In this document: in pieces, positions 16,816 through 25,517 of the stretch | How positions within the stretch are numbered: the first letter of the stretch is position 1 | Layout: each line of letters opens with the position of its first letter | Virus record (IMG/VR): IMGVR_UViG_3300048606_000106 | Coordinates: 1 to 46,206 of that record | Source of the DNA: a virus | Taxonomy: Duplodnaviria > Caudoviricetes | Strand: one strand, 5' to 3' | Length of the DNA: 46,206 nucleotides | The notes under the pieces: generated by a model | Told to the model about the DNA's origin: nothing | Database searches by the model: none | What the model saw: only the letters and a program-made list of their open reading frames with translations | Made by a program: the position numbers and the translations under genes

Positions 16816-17177
16816 ATCGTCCTCCGCTCACGAAACCATGAGGCTCGCGCAGGGTAGGTGTACCGATAGCGCCGGCCAGCTTCGGCCGCGAAATTGTTAT
16901 TAAGCTTCACGCCCACAACACGCGTCCGCAGCTCCTCCCAAACGTGCTTCACAGCGATCTGGTTGCGTCCCTTTGCGGCAGCGTCATCAATCAACTCATC
17001 GGCAATCTCGCAGAACATCGACCAGACTTCGGTGTGACCTTGGAAAAAGGCTCTCGCCTCCGCATCCCAGTCCCGGTTAGCCGGCCGCAGCTGCCGCCTA
17101 CGCTTGCGCTGGACCGGCGTCGGTGTGGTGCTGGTGAGCAACGAGAAGATATCCGTCTGGCGGGCGGTTGAGGTCAT
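16812..17177 (-). CDS. Hypothetical protein
   Basis: Coupled ORF; WEELR...KLNNNF.A..GR motif typical of phage proteins. Confidence 0.7.
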   Translation of the reverse strand: MTSTARQTDIFSLLTSTTPTPVQRKRRRQLRPANRDWDAEARAFFQGHTEVWSMFCEIADELIDDAAAKGRNQIAVKHVWEELRTRVVGVKLNNNFAAEAGRRYRYTYPARASWFRERRTM

Positions 17178-17557
17178 CCGGTAGGCTCCTCAATCCCCGG
17201 ACGCATGCGCGAGTCGACGAGACCCAGCGCCGCATGCCAGTTCAAGAGCACCGCGGCCGAGCTGATCGCGTGATGCTTCGCCTTCTCGACGTCACCGCTC
17301 ACCGCTGCGTGCACAGACTTGCCGGCGAGCCAGCCGAGCAACCAGAACCAATCGCTCGGAGCTTTGCCGGAGTCGTGTTCGGTGCCCCAGCGCTCGCGTT
17401 GGTGCAGTGCTTCGAGTTGCACCGCGGCTAGGAAGTTGGTGGTGTGCGGCGTGTCGATCGAGTCGAGAAGATGTAGCGCGTGGTCGATCGCGAACTGATA
17501 CAGCGGCGCGTCTTCACGCAGCGCTTTGAGTTCCGCGATGGCTTCGGCGTTGGTCAT
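17174..17557 (-). CDS. Hypothetical protein, possibly MazG-like all-alpha NTP pyrophosphatase fold
   Basis: EALHQRERWG.EHD....DWFWL pattern. Confidence 0.5.
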   Translation of the reverse strand: MTNAEAIAELKALREDAPLYQFAIDHALHLLDSIDTPHTTNFLAAVQLEALHQRERWGTEHDSGKAPSDWFWLLGWLAGKSVHAAVSGDVEKAKHHAISSAAVLLNWHAALGLVDSRMRPGIEEPTG

Positions 17558-17817
17558 TTGCCAAACTCCAGCACGCGCTTGGCGCACGCACGCAAACGGT
17601 TCTGTCTATTGCCGAAGTTGCCAACCGTGCACCGGTCTGCCATCGCGAAGGCGGCGTCGAGCAGCTTTGTTACCAACGCCTCGCGCTCGCAAAGCATCTG
17701 CCCGAGTTCAAGCGCAGCGTTCCACTCATCGCTCCGCAGTTGCTCGTCAGCTTTCTCGTCAAACTCGCCGTCCAGATAGCGAGCGGCCTTTACGTAGTCG
17801 ACAGTCTCAGCGCCCAT
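17554..17817 (-). CDS. Hypothetical protein
   Basis: Coupled ORF. Confidence 0.6.
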   Translation of the reverse strand: MGAETVDYVKAARYLDGEFDEKADEQLRSDEWNAALELGQMLCEREALVTKLLDAAFAMADRCTVGNFGNRQNRLRACAKRVLEFGK

Positions 17818-18298
17818 ACACGCCTCCAAGCAAAGACCTCAACACCACCGCCAACACACACCGCCAAAGCGCCAGCGGCCGATAGTCCACCAGATGCAAC
17901 GGATGAATCACCTGACAGAACTCGCGCGCCTTGGTCTTGCCGAACTCCATCCCGGAACTGTGGCCGCGGTTGAGATAGAACTTGCGGACTCGGCACTGGT
18001 CGACAGCGCTCCACGCCTGGCCGATCGCCATACCCGCGGTCCGCTGCTTCGGGTTGGCGTCATCGAGTAGACCGGGTTGATCGAAGAAAACGTGGCTCGC
18101 GAACGGCGCTCGACCACGATCAATCTCCGCGCGTACGCAACGGAATGCGAAATGCCTATTGCGCTCTCGCAGCACGCGCTCAACGAATGGGCGCAGGAAC
18201 GCGGGGCAGCGCTCGGGTGGGATGCCGCGGAGAGGGCTCTCTACCACGGTCAGCTTCATCCACGGCGATTGCGTGGCGCGGGTGTTGGGCGTGCTCAT
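17807..18298 (-). CDS. Nucleoside 2-deoxyribosyltransferase-like protein
   Basis: VVESP.RG, APFASH..F.Q..LLDD..P.QR..G and SSGM motifs. Confidence 0.65.
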   Translation of the reverse strand: MSTPNTRATQSPWMKLTVVESPLRGIPPERCPAFLRPFVERVLRERNRHFAFRCVRAEIDRGRAPFASHVFFDQPGLLDDANPKQRTAGMAIGQAWSAVDQCRVRKFYLNRGHSSGMEFGKTKAREFCQVIHPLHLVDYRPLALWRCVLAVVLRSLLGGVYGR

Positions 18299-19113
18299 TC
18301 GGCAGCCTCCGCGCCAGCTGGTTTGCACGACAAATCCGCCGCTATGCGCTGCAGTTCAGCGGTAGCGTCGGCAAGGTTCTTGGCCATCCCCTCAATCTGA
18401 ATTTGTCGAGCAACGATACGCTGGGCGATCGCAACTTCCTTGCCGAGCCGCGCGCCGTCGTAGGCTCTGGAGATGGCGATTCCCGACGCCTGCTCAAACG
18501 CGTTCACCCGCGCAAGCAACGAGTCGTAGTCTCGTTTCGTCCACTCGAGTTTCTGCTCAAGGTTCTTGATCGCGCGCTGGGCATCCTCGCCCGCAAGATG
18601 CGCCACGTCCTCACGCAGCTTCATGGTCGCCGCCGCGACAGCGTTACCTATGAGCTGAGTCTCACTGCCAACGCGATTGCGAAAGATGGCCGCCACGAAG
18701 CTCGCGCACGGCGGCTTGGCATCAAGCTTCGGCGCTGGCGTAACGATGCGGTTCGCCTTCGCGCCGACCTCGATCAGTCCCCACGTCGATGGAAGCTCAC
18801 CGGGCTGCACGATGCCGGCGGGCGTAGCTATCCACCAGTAGTCGCACCACTGCTGAATAGCCGCGCTCTTCTCGGGTTGCTTCAGTTCAGCCATCCAGTC
18901 CGAACGCGACACCTTCACCTCGACACCAGCAAACCAGATGCCGCGCGATGGCCACAGCGACACGACAAGCGCGTCAGCGGTGCGCGTGGTCGCGCCATAG
19001 CCGGTCCCGTTGCGAACCTCTGGCAGCACGGCATGCGCTGGCGAGCTGAACGTAGTCGCGCACAGGCGATCGAGTACGGCGGACGCTGACCAGCTTTCTT
19101 TGGCGACCTTCAC
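18295..19113 (-). CDS. MmcB-like PD-(D/E)xK nuclease with coiled-coil tail
   Basis: EVRNGTG, ADAL..SLWPSRG, VEVKVSRSDW..EL..PEK, WGL. Confidence 0.8.
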   Translation of the reverse strand: MKVAKESWSASAVLDRLCATTFSSPAHAVLPEVRNGTGYGATTRTADALVVSLWPSRGIWFAGVEVKVSRSDWMAELKQPEKSAAIQQWCDYWWIATPAGIVQPGELPSTWGLIEVGAKANRIVTPAPKLDAKPPCASFVAAIFRNRVGSETQLIGNAVAAATMKLREDVAHLAGEDAQRAIKNLEQKLEWTKRDYDSLLARVNAFEQASGIAISRAYDGARLGKEVAIAQRIVARQIQIEGMAKNLADATAELQRIAADLSCKPAGAEAAE

Positions 19114-19195
19114 GCGACCTCCGTTTACCGATAACCGTCAACCACCAGCATCACACCGAACACCAGAACGCAGAGCGCTTGCAGCGCGAGCGTGG

Positions 19196-20236
19196 TCACG
19201 CTGGGAACTCCCGCACGCGCAACGACTCAGGCCACTCGCTCGGGTCGCCGCCTTTGCGGTCCTTTAGTCGGGTGATGGCCCCGTAGTCGGGGATGACAGC
19301 CGGACACCGATGTCCGCCCACACCGTTCTCCGCGTCGACATAAGCGGAGCCGAGTTGCTTGCAGAAGACCGGCACGCTTGCGTGCTGGCACTGGCGCACA
19401 ACGTCGCGAATCCAGTCGACCGAGCACTGACGCGCGTTGGGCCCACTCTCACCACCGGCTACCAACCAGTCCAACCCAAACTCCCAAGTGCCGCCCGTGT
19501 TCGGCACGGCAGGGTCGGGATGCTGCAGACGGCGACCATCGGCGGAGACCAACGTGGGCTTCAGGTAGCGCGTGAAGTCGACGGCCTCTAACGCCGGCTC
19601 GTACGAGACCCAGCGCACAGCCGCGGGGCATTGTAAGAGTAGCGGGATGCGTTCGTCGGCGCGTTGCTGATCCTCACATGACACGCCGAGGTGCACGCCG
19701 CGCAACGGCCATGGGTAGCGTTTGAATGTGCCCTTGATCGGATGGAGTGGGAAACGATCACCCAGCAAGTTGTATGCGCACTGCTGCACAAACATCTCCG
19801 CGCCGGACGGTGTCTCGGACTGGCATTGCACCCACCGAAACCACTCGAGCATGCGTTCTGGACGCTTAGTCAAGCATTGGAACGTGTGCCGCGGACACGC
19901 CGCCATCACACCGAACACCGCCGCGATCTGTTCGTTGGTGATGTCGGAGTGAAAAAGATCACTCATCGAATTCACGAATACGCGCTGCGGCTTTCGCCAC
20001 TTCAGCGGTTCGCCCAGCTTCTCCGGAACGAAGCGCGCGTTGCCGACCCAGCGAGGTCCGTGCTTTCCGAGTATCGTGAGCCCCTCGTAGGACTGGCCCT
20101 TGCCGCTGAAGCGGTGGGCTTGGCGCTCGGCATAGCAGCCGCCGGCGGTACCCGTTCCGCAACCGGGAGAGACGCGCGCGCATCCCCGCGTTGGGTTCCA
20201 AACCGCGTCACACCATTGAATCTCAGACTTTGCCAC
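19196..20236 (-). CDS. Phage Gp37/Gp68 (DUF5131) family protein
   Basis: IQWCDAVWNP.RGC..VSPGC, CYAE, FVNSMSDLFH, LTKRPER, GGESG, FCKQLG. Confidence 0.92.
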   Translation of the reverse strand: MAKSEIQWCDAVWNPTRGCARVSPGCGTGTAGGCYAERQAHRFSGKGQSYEGLTILGKHGPRWVGNARFVPEKLGEPLKWRKPQRVFVNSMSDLFHSDITNEQIAAVFGVMAACPRHTFQCLTKRPERMLEWFRWVQCQSETPSGAEMFVQQCAYNLLGDRFPLHPIKGTFKRYPWPLRGVHLGVSCEDQQRADERIPLLLQCPAAVRWVSYEPALEAVDFTRYLKPTLVSADGRRLQHPDPAVPNTGGTWEFGLDWLVAGGESGPNARQCSVDWIRDVVRQCQHASVPVFCKQLGSAYVDAENGVGGHRCPAVIPDYGAITRLKDRKGGDPSEWPESLRVREFPA

Positions 20237-20750
20237 GGCGCGCATCCTCTCTGCTGTGATGGCAGCGCGAGCAAACGGGTTGCACGTCGAAGTGGTGTTC
20301 GGCCGCATAGCCCATGTGGTGATCGTATTCGTGACGCAAACCCTCGCCCTTGTGGCCGCAGTCTGCGCACGAGATGTCGTTGGGATTCGGACGCCGGCCC
20401 GACTGCACTTCGTGGTTTACACGTGCCCTGGCCTGCAGCTTGTCGCCATCGCGCGCAGGTTTCGGGTTAGGTCCCGGGCGTCCGGTCTTGGGGTTTATTG
20501 CAGGCGCAAGGTGCCACCCGCGTGGATTGCCAGTGCTTCGGCTAGAAAGGCAGCGTGCTGCCAATCGATCCCATCGAGATGGGTCGCGTCCAAAAGCGCC
20601 CACTGGATGCCAGACACGGCAGGCAGTGCACCACTTTTCGCCGGCAGCGCGTCTACACGTGTACTCGCTGAGCGAACAGCCCGTCTTTACAGCGGCCGAT
20701 TTGATCGCGCCAAGCCGTCTTCCGGTGCGGCCGTGCATCTCCGCGCTCAT
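20223..20750 (-). CDS. HNH-like Zn-binding nuclease
   Basis: KWCTAC, CADCG, HEYDHH.GY and VCSRCH motifs. Confidence 0.7.
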   Translation of the reverse strand: MSAEMHGRTGRRLGAIKSAAVKTGCSLSEYTCRRAAGEKWCTACRVWHPVGAFGRDPSRWDRLAARCLSSRSTGNPRGWHLAPAINPKTGRPGPNPKPARDGDKLQARARVNHEVQSGRRPNPNDISCADCGHKGEGLRHEYDHHMGYAAEHHFDVQPVCSRCHHSREDARRGKV

Positions 20751-21181
20751 TCTGTCCCCCGCATCTTCGCAGCAATCGCCCGCGCTTCATCCGCAACCGC
20801 ATCAACCGCCGCCGTCAGCTGCTCCGCCCTCTGCGCGTGGTCCGCGTCCCGCTCGTCTTCCACCCAGCGACGGCGACCGTGTCCGTTGCGAGCGCGGGAC
20901 TCAGCGATGAGTCGCAGCAGCGCATCCACCACACAATCCGGAGCGATCAGCAGATGCGCTAGATTCGGCGATTGCCCGGCTTTGGCGTTTGTCCAGATCG
21001 ACACGCGAGACGCATCAACGTTGAGTGCGCGGCCAAACTCGACGACAGACATCCCCACTTGGCGCAGCGCGCGCAGTACGAGCAGCGAACACTGGGAGGA
21101 GAGTGCTTCCCGGAAGCGATCGCGGCCGATTTTGTATTGACCACGGTGGCTAGCGTGGGTAAGTGGGGCCGGTGGAGTCAC
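20747..21181 (-). CDS. HTH regulator (CII-position gene)
   Basis: MSVVEFGRALNVDASRVSIW HTH; position downstream of cro. Confidence 0.65.
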   Translation of the reverse strand: MTPPAPLTHASHRGQYKIGRDRFREALSSQCSLLVLRALRQVGMSVVEFGRALNVDASRVSIWTNAKAGQSPNLAHLLIAPDCVVDALLRLIAESRARNGHGRRRWVEDERDADHAQRAEQLTAAVDAVADEARAIAAKMRGTE

Positions 21182-21846
21182 GCGGACACCTGGGAGCTGG
21201 AGTGGACGTCGCCGTTCAGCAGGTAATCTGTGGTGACGCCAAAGACAGCCGCGGTCATTGCGACGACGTGGCCCCTCGGCGCAGTCGTGTATCCACTCTC
21301 AATCCGCTGCACCGTTTTGAGTACAACGCCAGCACGCACGGCAAGCTGCGTTTGTGTAAACCCGTGCGCACGGCGCAGGCAACGAACGCGGGCGCCAAAC
21401 CCGACCGAGGCGACCACGTTCGCCGCAGCTACCTGCGGCGCGCTCCATGCAATCGAAACGACGCGCTTGGGATCGCCGCTGCAAATACAGCGGATTGGCG
21501 CCGGACACGTTGCTGTTGGTCCGGAGGTAACCCGGGAGCCGGACATCTCGCTGCGAACGTTGTAGCCGCGGACATCTGTTCCGTAGAGCGCGATGAACGC
21601 GGACTCCACCGCGCCGAGGTCCTGCCAGTTCGTCGCTGTGCCCAGGCGTTCAATGCAAAAGTTCTCTTCGCCGAACTCTCGAATCGCTGCGTTGATCTCT
21701 CTGTCTTGGCCGGTTCTGGCAGACGAGAGATGCTCGAGAAAACGTGCTCGGATGCAGCGCGTCGTCATCCCGATATACGCGAGGCCGTTCACGCGGTTGA
21801 GCAGGCGATACACGGAAGGCGCCGTGCATGTTGAGGGCAGATTCAT
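21178..21846 (-). CDS. GIY-YIG endonuclease fused to XRE HTH
   Basis: SVYRLLNRVNGLAYIGMT..IRARF.EH, GYN; C-terminal LRRAHGFTQTQLA.RAGV...TVQRIESG. Confidence 0.85.
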   Translation of the reverse strand: MNLPSTCTAPSVYRLLNRVNGLAYIGMTTRCIRARFLEHLSSARTGQDREINAAIREFGEENFCIERLGTATNWQDLGAVESAFIALYGTDVRGYNVRSEMSGSRVTSGPTATCPAPIRCICSGDPKRVVSIAWSAPQVAAANVVASVGFGARVRCLRRAHGFTQTQLAVRAGVVLKTVQRIESGYTTAPRGHVVAMTAAVFGVTTDYLLNGDVHSSSQVSA

Positions 21847-22064
21847 GCCGCCCTCTTGCGTTTGCGGCCACTCCCGTCGCGCCACCGAGCCGAATCGATT
21901 CCGGTGTACTCCTCGATCAGCATCGCGACTTCGAGGCCCGGTCTGCGCAAACCACGTTCAATCTTCGAGAGTTGGCTTGGGTCGCATCCGATGGCATAAG
22001 CGGCATTCAGAAGAGACAGGCCGGCCGCCTTGCGCCAAGCCTTCAGGGCATCTGCAGCATTCAT
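21843..22064 (-). CDS. cro: Cro-like XRE repressor
   Basis: LKAWRKAAGLSL..AA..IGCDPSQLSKIERGLRRPG; divergent from the cI-like gene. Confidence 0.85.
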   Translation of the reverse strand: MNAADALKAWRKAAGLSLLNAAYAIGCDPSQLSKIERGLRRPGLEVAMLIEEYTGIDSARWRDGSGRKRKRAA

Positions 22065-22086
22065 GGATAGCAATAATGGACGGCAA

Positions 22087-22106
22087 CCAGGACAGTAGTC
22101 AAGGAC
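22087..22106 (-). promoter_or_regulatory. Putative operator GTCCTTG-N6-GTCCTGG overlapping the cro promoter (-35 TTGACT)
   Basis: Same 7+7 motif and spacing recurs at 25141..25160. Confidence 0.6.
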
Positions 22107-22141
22107 GACTTTGCGAAAATCTTGGGCGACAATCGCCCGTC

Positions 22142-22831
22142 ATGGGGAAACCAAAAGCAAATCGGGTAGCTGGGGAGCGATTGCTATCGCTGATCGAGGC
22201 AGCCGCCGGCATAGAGCGCGGCCTACAGATGCCGCGCGGGCTGCCGGCGGCCATCGGGCGCAAGCTCAAATTGGACGCGAGTCAACTCTCGCGGCTATGG
22301 GACAGCGGCAAGACGGCGAGCTGTGGCGCCGACACAGTTGACAAGGCGGTCAAGAGGACCGGCGTTGCGCGCGCGTACTTCACCGACCGCGCGCTGCGAA
22401 GCCCGCACTACCGTGACCACCTCGGCGGCAGGCCAGACCCTTTTCCGCCGGGTTGGTTTGAGCGGGAAAAGGAGCTGGATCTTGACGATGACGATGATGA
22501 AGACGAGGACGTGCCGCGTGTTCCAGCGTCACCGTTTTTAGAGTCAGCACCAACAGACGCGAGCCCGCCAACCAACGGACTGGCCGGCGGCGTAGCACTC
22601 GGCTTCAGTTTTGCCGAGTACACACGCTTGATTGAGAGCCTGGACGACCGGGACGCAAGAGCGCTGATCGCCTATCTCGACACGACCAAAGAACACCGGC
22701 TCGTGACGATGGAAGACCTCAAACAATACCTGGCAGCGCTGGGCGCTCCCTCGAATAAGCCACCGTCGAACCATCCTCCGACCCGCCATCTACCGTCCGG
22801 AGGATCGCGCGGCGCAACCCGCCGGCGATGA
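22142..22831 (+). CDS. CI-like immunity repressor (no S24 autoprotease domain seen)
   Basis: HTH IGRKLKLDASQLSRLW; only rightward gene in the immunity region; acidic linker. Confidence 0.7.
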   Translation: MGKPKANRVAGERLLSLIEAAAGIERGLQMPRGLPAAIGRKLKLDASQLSRLWDSGKTASCGADTVDKAVKRTGVARAYFTDRALRSPHYRDHLGGRPDPFPPGWFEREKELDLDDDDDEDEDVPRVPASPFLESAPTDASPPTNGLAGGVALGFSFAEYTRLIESLDDRDARALIAYLDTTKEHRLVTMEDLKQYLAALGAPSNKPPSNHPPTRHLPSGGSRGATRRR

Positions 22832-23114
22832 TCCGCGCACGCAGCTGGCGCGCACTAACGTCGTCGCTGGGGAGCTTTCGCCCGATCAACTCGGCGCGTG
22901 CCAACTCGGTGAGTACAAGCGTGTGCGCCGTGTACTTCTCGCAATGTGCGTCATAGTAGATCGTCCGACCGACCAGCGCCGCACCCGACATCTGCGCGGC
23001 CTCGACTCGTAGACCCTTTCCTGTTGCGAAAGCGATAGGATCAACCCACTGCGCTATCCCGGCTGACCGAAACATCGACGACGCAATCCGATCCAGAGCC
23101 CAACGCGTCAGCAT
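22719..23114 (-). CDS. Degenerate ImmA/IrrE-like protein
   Basis: VDPIAFA...GLRV, GAALVGRTIYYD and HTLVLTELAR follow the ImmA layout, but HExxH is replaced by TELAR. Confidence 0.5.
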   Translation of the reverse strand: MLTRWALDRIASSMFRSAGIAQWVDPIAFATGKGLRVEAAQMSGAALVGRTIYYDAHCEKYTAHTLVLTELARAELIGRKLPSDDVSARQLRARIIAGGLRRAILRTVDGGSEDGSTVAYSRERPALPGIV

Positions 23115-23229
23115 CCAATCCCCACCCTTCCCGAACAGCTAGCCAGCGCCAAGGACCGGAAGGTGTCAGGGAGATGACGGACGAGCAATGGTGTGCGAAA
23201 GATTACAAACGCCAACACGCGCGGACAAG

Positions 23230-24678
23230 CTAGCGTAAGCTAGTCGCCGTAGCCGTGTGCGGCAGAATGCGAAGCCCTCCACCCTGCGCTTCGGCCGTAC
23301 GTATACCGACAGTTTCGCAGCCCGCTTCGAGCCGCACGACATAAGCGGCCTGGCCGGGCAAACGTCGCGCCCACACTGGATATCCCGAGCAATCCTGCAG
23401 CTCCCGGCGTCCGAACTCTCCAGCCGCCTGTGCCGATTGCAGCGCGCCGAGCGGCGTCCAGTCAGCAAATACCACGGCACCAACCGGGACCGTCTTGTCG
23501 TAGTCCCGCGCGAACTCCGCAGCCGAATCATCCTTCAGCCAAGGCGAAAGAAAATACTTGACGTCGTTTCGGTAGGCCAGCGCGTGCTCGTTCTTCGGCA
23601 GATGGAGCAGCCCGCGGTCCGCGGCGAGCACCACGAGTACGAACGCCAGCGGCGCAGCGGCGACAGCGCCGGCCGATACGATTGAGCGCCAAGCCGCGTC
23701 GGCAAAGCGCCTCTCGATCTGCAGCCAGGCGAGCACGGACAACAAAGCGACACCCGGAAGCAGAAATGTGAACCGATCGGCGACGTCGTAGCTCAATGCG
23801 AACACGAGGTTCGCGATTGCAGCCACCCAAACGGCGCGCTCCCGCCAGTCCCGCGGATAGAGCAGACCAACAGCTTGCGGGCCGCACAGCGACAGCAGCG
23901 CGATCACGGCGTACGCCTTGCCCGACCAGAGGCGGTCGAACCGAAAGAGGCTGCTCTCGTACCCGCCCGGGTGATCGGTAGCCGGCATCGCGTTGGTCAG
24001 GTAGGCGCGCGCAACCTCGAACGCGGACCGCCCATGGTGCAGTTCGGCGACGAAGCCGAGAAGGCAGGGTGCCAACCCGACGAGCGCGCCGATTCCGGCG
24101 AGCAGCGCTGACCCGCGGTAGACCCACAGCGTATAGACGTAGAGCGGCGCGACGCACAGGAGCGTGACCTGGTGCACCGACAGCGCCAGCCCAGTGAAAA
24201 GCCCAAGCAGAAGCATTCGAACGCGCGGACCAACGCGGAGCCGCAGGTCGAACACCACCCAGTAGCAGCCGAGCACCAGCAACGCGTTGAGCAGGTAGAC
24301 CTCGACCTTCGTGGAGATCCAGAAGACGCAGTGCGCGAGGCACATCGTGCACGCGGCGAAGATGCCGGCATTCAGGCTACCGCCCAGCACGATGACGATC
24401 CGCGCGACAAGGATAGCAACCAGCGGAAGTAGCAGCGCGTTCAGCAACGCGAGACCGCTCGCTCCGAAGCCGCCGACCACGAGTGCGGAAATCGCGTGAA
24501 ACAAAGGGTGTGACTGCGCTCCGAGCTCCGCGGGGAAGATGACGCCGCGGCTCGCCTCGTAGAGGAACGCGCCGCTGTCGCCCCATTGGACAGCGCTGCC
24601 GACGGCTGCAAAGCACACAAGGAAGACGAGAAGCAGTAGAGACAGACTCAGCCAGTTGCGTGTGGCGAGCGCGTTCAT
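23230..24678 (-). CDS. DUF2723/TMEM260-like GT-C membrane glycosyltransferase
   Basis: WGDSGAF, SHPLF, FW..STKVEVY.LN and GLALSVHQ motifs; many TM helices. Confidence 0.8.
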   Translation of the reverse strand: MNALATRNWLSLSLLLLVFLVCFAAVGSAVQWGDSGAFLYEASRGVIFPAELGAQSHPLFHAISALVVGGFGASGLALLNALLLPLVAILVARIVIVLGGSLNAGIFAACTMCLAHCVFWISTKVEVYLLNALLVLGCYWVVFDLRLRVGPRVRMLLLGLFTGLALSVHQVTLLCVAPLYVYTLWVYRGSALLAGIGALVGLAPCLLGFVAELHHGRSAFEVARAYLTNAMPATDHPGGYESSLFRFDRLWSGKAYAVIALLSLCGPQAVGLLYPRDWRERAVWVAAIANLVFALSYDVADRFTFLLPGVALLSVLAWLQIERRFADAAWRSIVSAGAVAAAPLAFVLVVLAADRGLLHLPKNEHALAYRNDVKYFLSPWLKDDSAAEFARDYDKTVPVGAVVFADWTPLGALQSAQAAGEFGRRELQDCSGYPVWARRLPGQAAYVVRLEAGCETVGIRTAEAQGGGLRILPHTATATSLR

Positions 24679-24920
24679 GACTCGCCTCCCGCAGACGCGC
24701 CGCTGCACACAACCGCGCGATCCATGCCCATCGCGCAGTAATAGTTGCGCCCGTGGCAGCGCGCGGTCCAGCCGTCGCCATCGCGTCCGACAATCTCGAT
24801 ATCGTCTTTCGAGCACGGCACGCGTCCTTGCGTCATGCGCAGCATGTAACCCCGCTCGCCGCCGAAACAGCTGCTGCAAAGAAGCGCTGACGTTGCCAGC
24901 GCAAAGCCTAACCGAAGCAT
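24675..24920 (-). CDS. Small Cys-rich putative lipoprotein
   Basis: Signal-like N-terminus ending LLCSSC; WTARCHGRNYYC; ATGA-coupled to the GT gene. Confidence 0.65.
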   Translation of the reverse strand: MLRLGFALATSALLCSSCFGGERGYMLRMTQGRVPCSKDDIEIVGRDGDGWTARCHGRNYYCAMGMDRAVVCSGASAGGES

Positions 24921-25140
24921 TCTGGAACCTCCCCTAGCGCGTCGAGCCTTGCCGCGACGCTCGGCGGTTGCTTCGTTACCACGCTTTTTGGCAGCCGCCC
25001 AGAGCTGCAGCGTCTGCGACAGAAAAGCGCCCTACGGCGCCAACTTGGACGGTCAGCAAGATTTTTTTGAAAAAGTTGGTACTCGATTTCTGTAATAAAT
25101 ACGCGCGCTTATGCACGTATTTTGGCACGGCATCACGGCT

Positions 25141-25186
25141 GTCCTTGTCGTCAGTCCTGGACAACTCTTGTGGTTCGATTTATTGT
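25141..25186 (+). promoter_or_regulatory. Early rightward promoter (TGGACA-N17-TATTGT) with overlapping operator GTCCTTG-N6-GTCCTGG
   Basis: Sigma70-like spacing 43 nt upstream of the first early ATG; AT-rich divergent intergenic region. Confidence 0.55.
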
Positions 25187-25229
25187 CCCTCTCGTCAACG
25201 CAACGCAGTCACACGGGGAGCGCAACGAA

Positions 25230-25517
25230 ATGGGCAACGGGAACACGGAGTCGGGCGACACCTACGAATCCTGCCACCAGATCGCCGACGCCGTCTGGTC
25301 AGCAATCCGCCTCCACCACCTCGACGCAACCGGCCGCGCGATCAACCCGCGCATGCTCAGCCTGGCTTACCGGGCGGCCAAAGCGCTCGGCAACTACCGG
25401 TTGGCCGCGCATGAGGCGGACGAGGAGCACACGGCGAACGTGTTGCGCATCACCGAGCACTTCGTGCGGTGCGAGCGGACCGGGATGCTGTTTGGGTTTT
25501 TGCGAGGTGCGGCGTGA
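25230..25517 (+). CDS. First early gene, hypothetical
   Basis: SD GGGGAG; GTGA coupling downstream. Confidence 0.65.
   Translation: MGNGNTESGDTYESCHQIADAVWSAIRLHHLDATGRAINPRMLSLAYRAAKALGNYRLAAHEADEEHTANVLRITEHFVRCERTGMLFGFLRGAA

Noticed and set aside
100-21834. Many long plus-strand ORFs opposite the leftward operon (e.g. 393..1595, 2213..2989, 18145..19089, 20256..21140)
   Set aside because: Antisense shadows typical of GC-rich coding DNA; no motifs, and the minus strand is fully tiled by coupled genes
21593-22141. N-terminal extension of the 412-aa ORF 21593..22831
   Set aside because: Overlaps cro and GIY-YIG antisense; the real start is most likely ATG 22142
24679-24879. N-terminal extension of the glycosyltransferase ORF as a third nested-gene case
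   Set aside because: An ordinary ATGA-coupled start at 24678 explains it; the upstream frame is merely open over the lipoprotein gene
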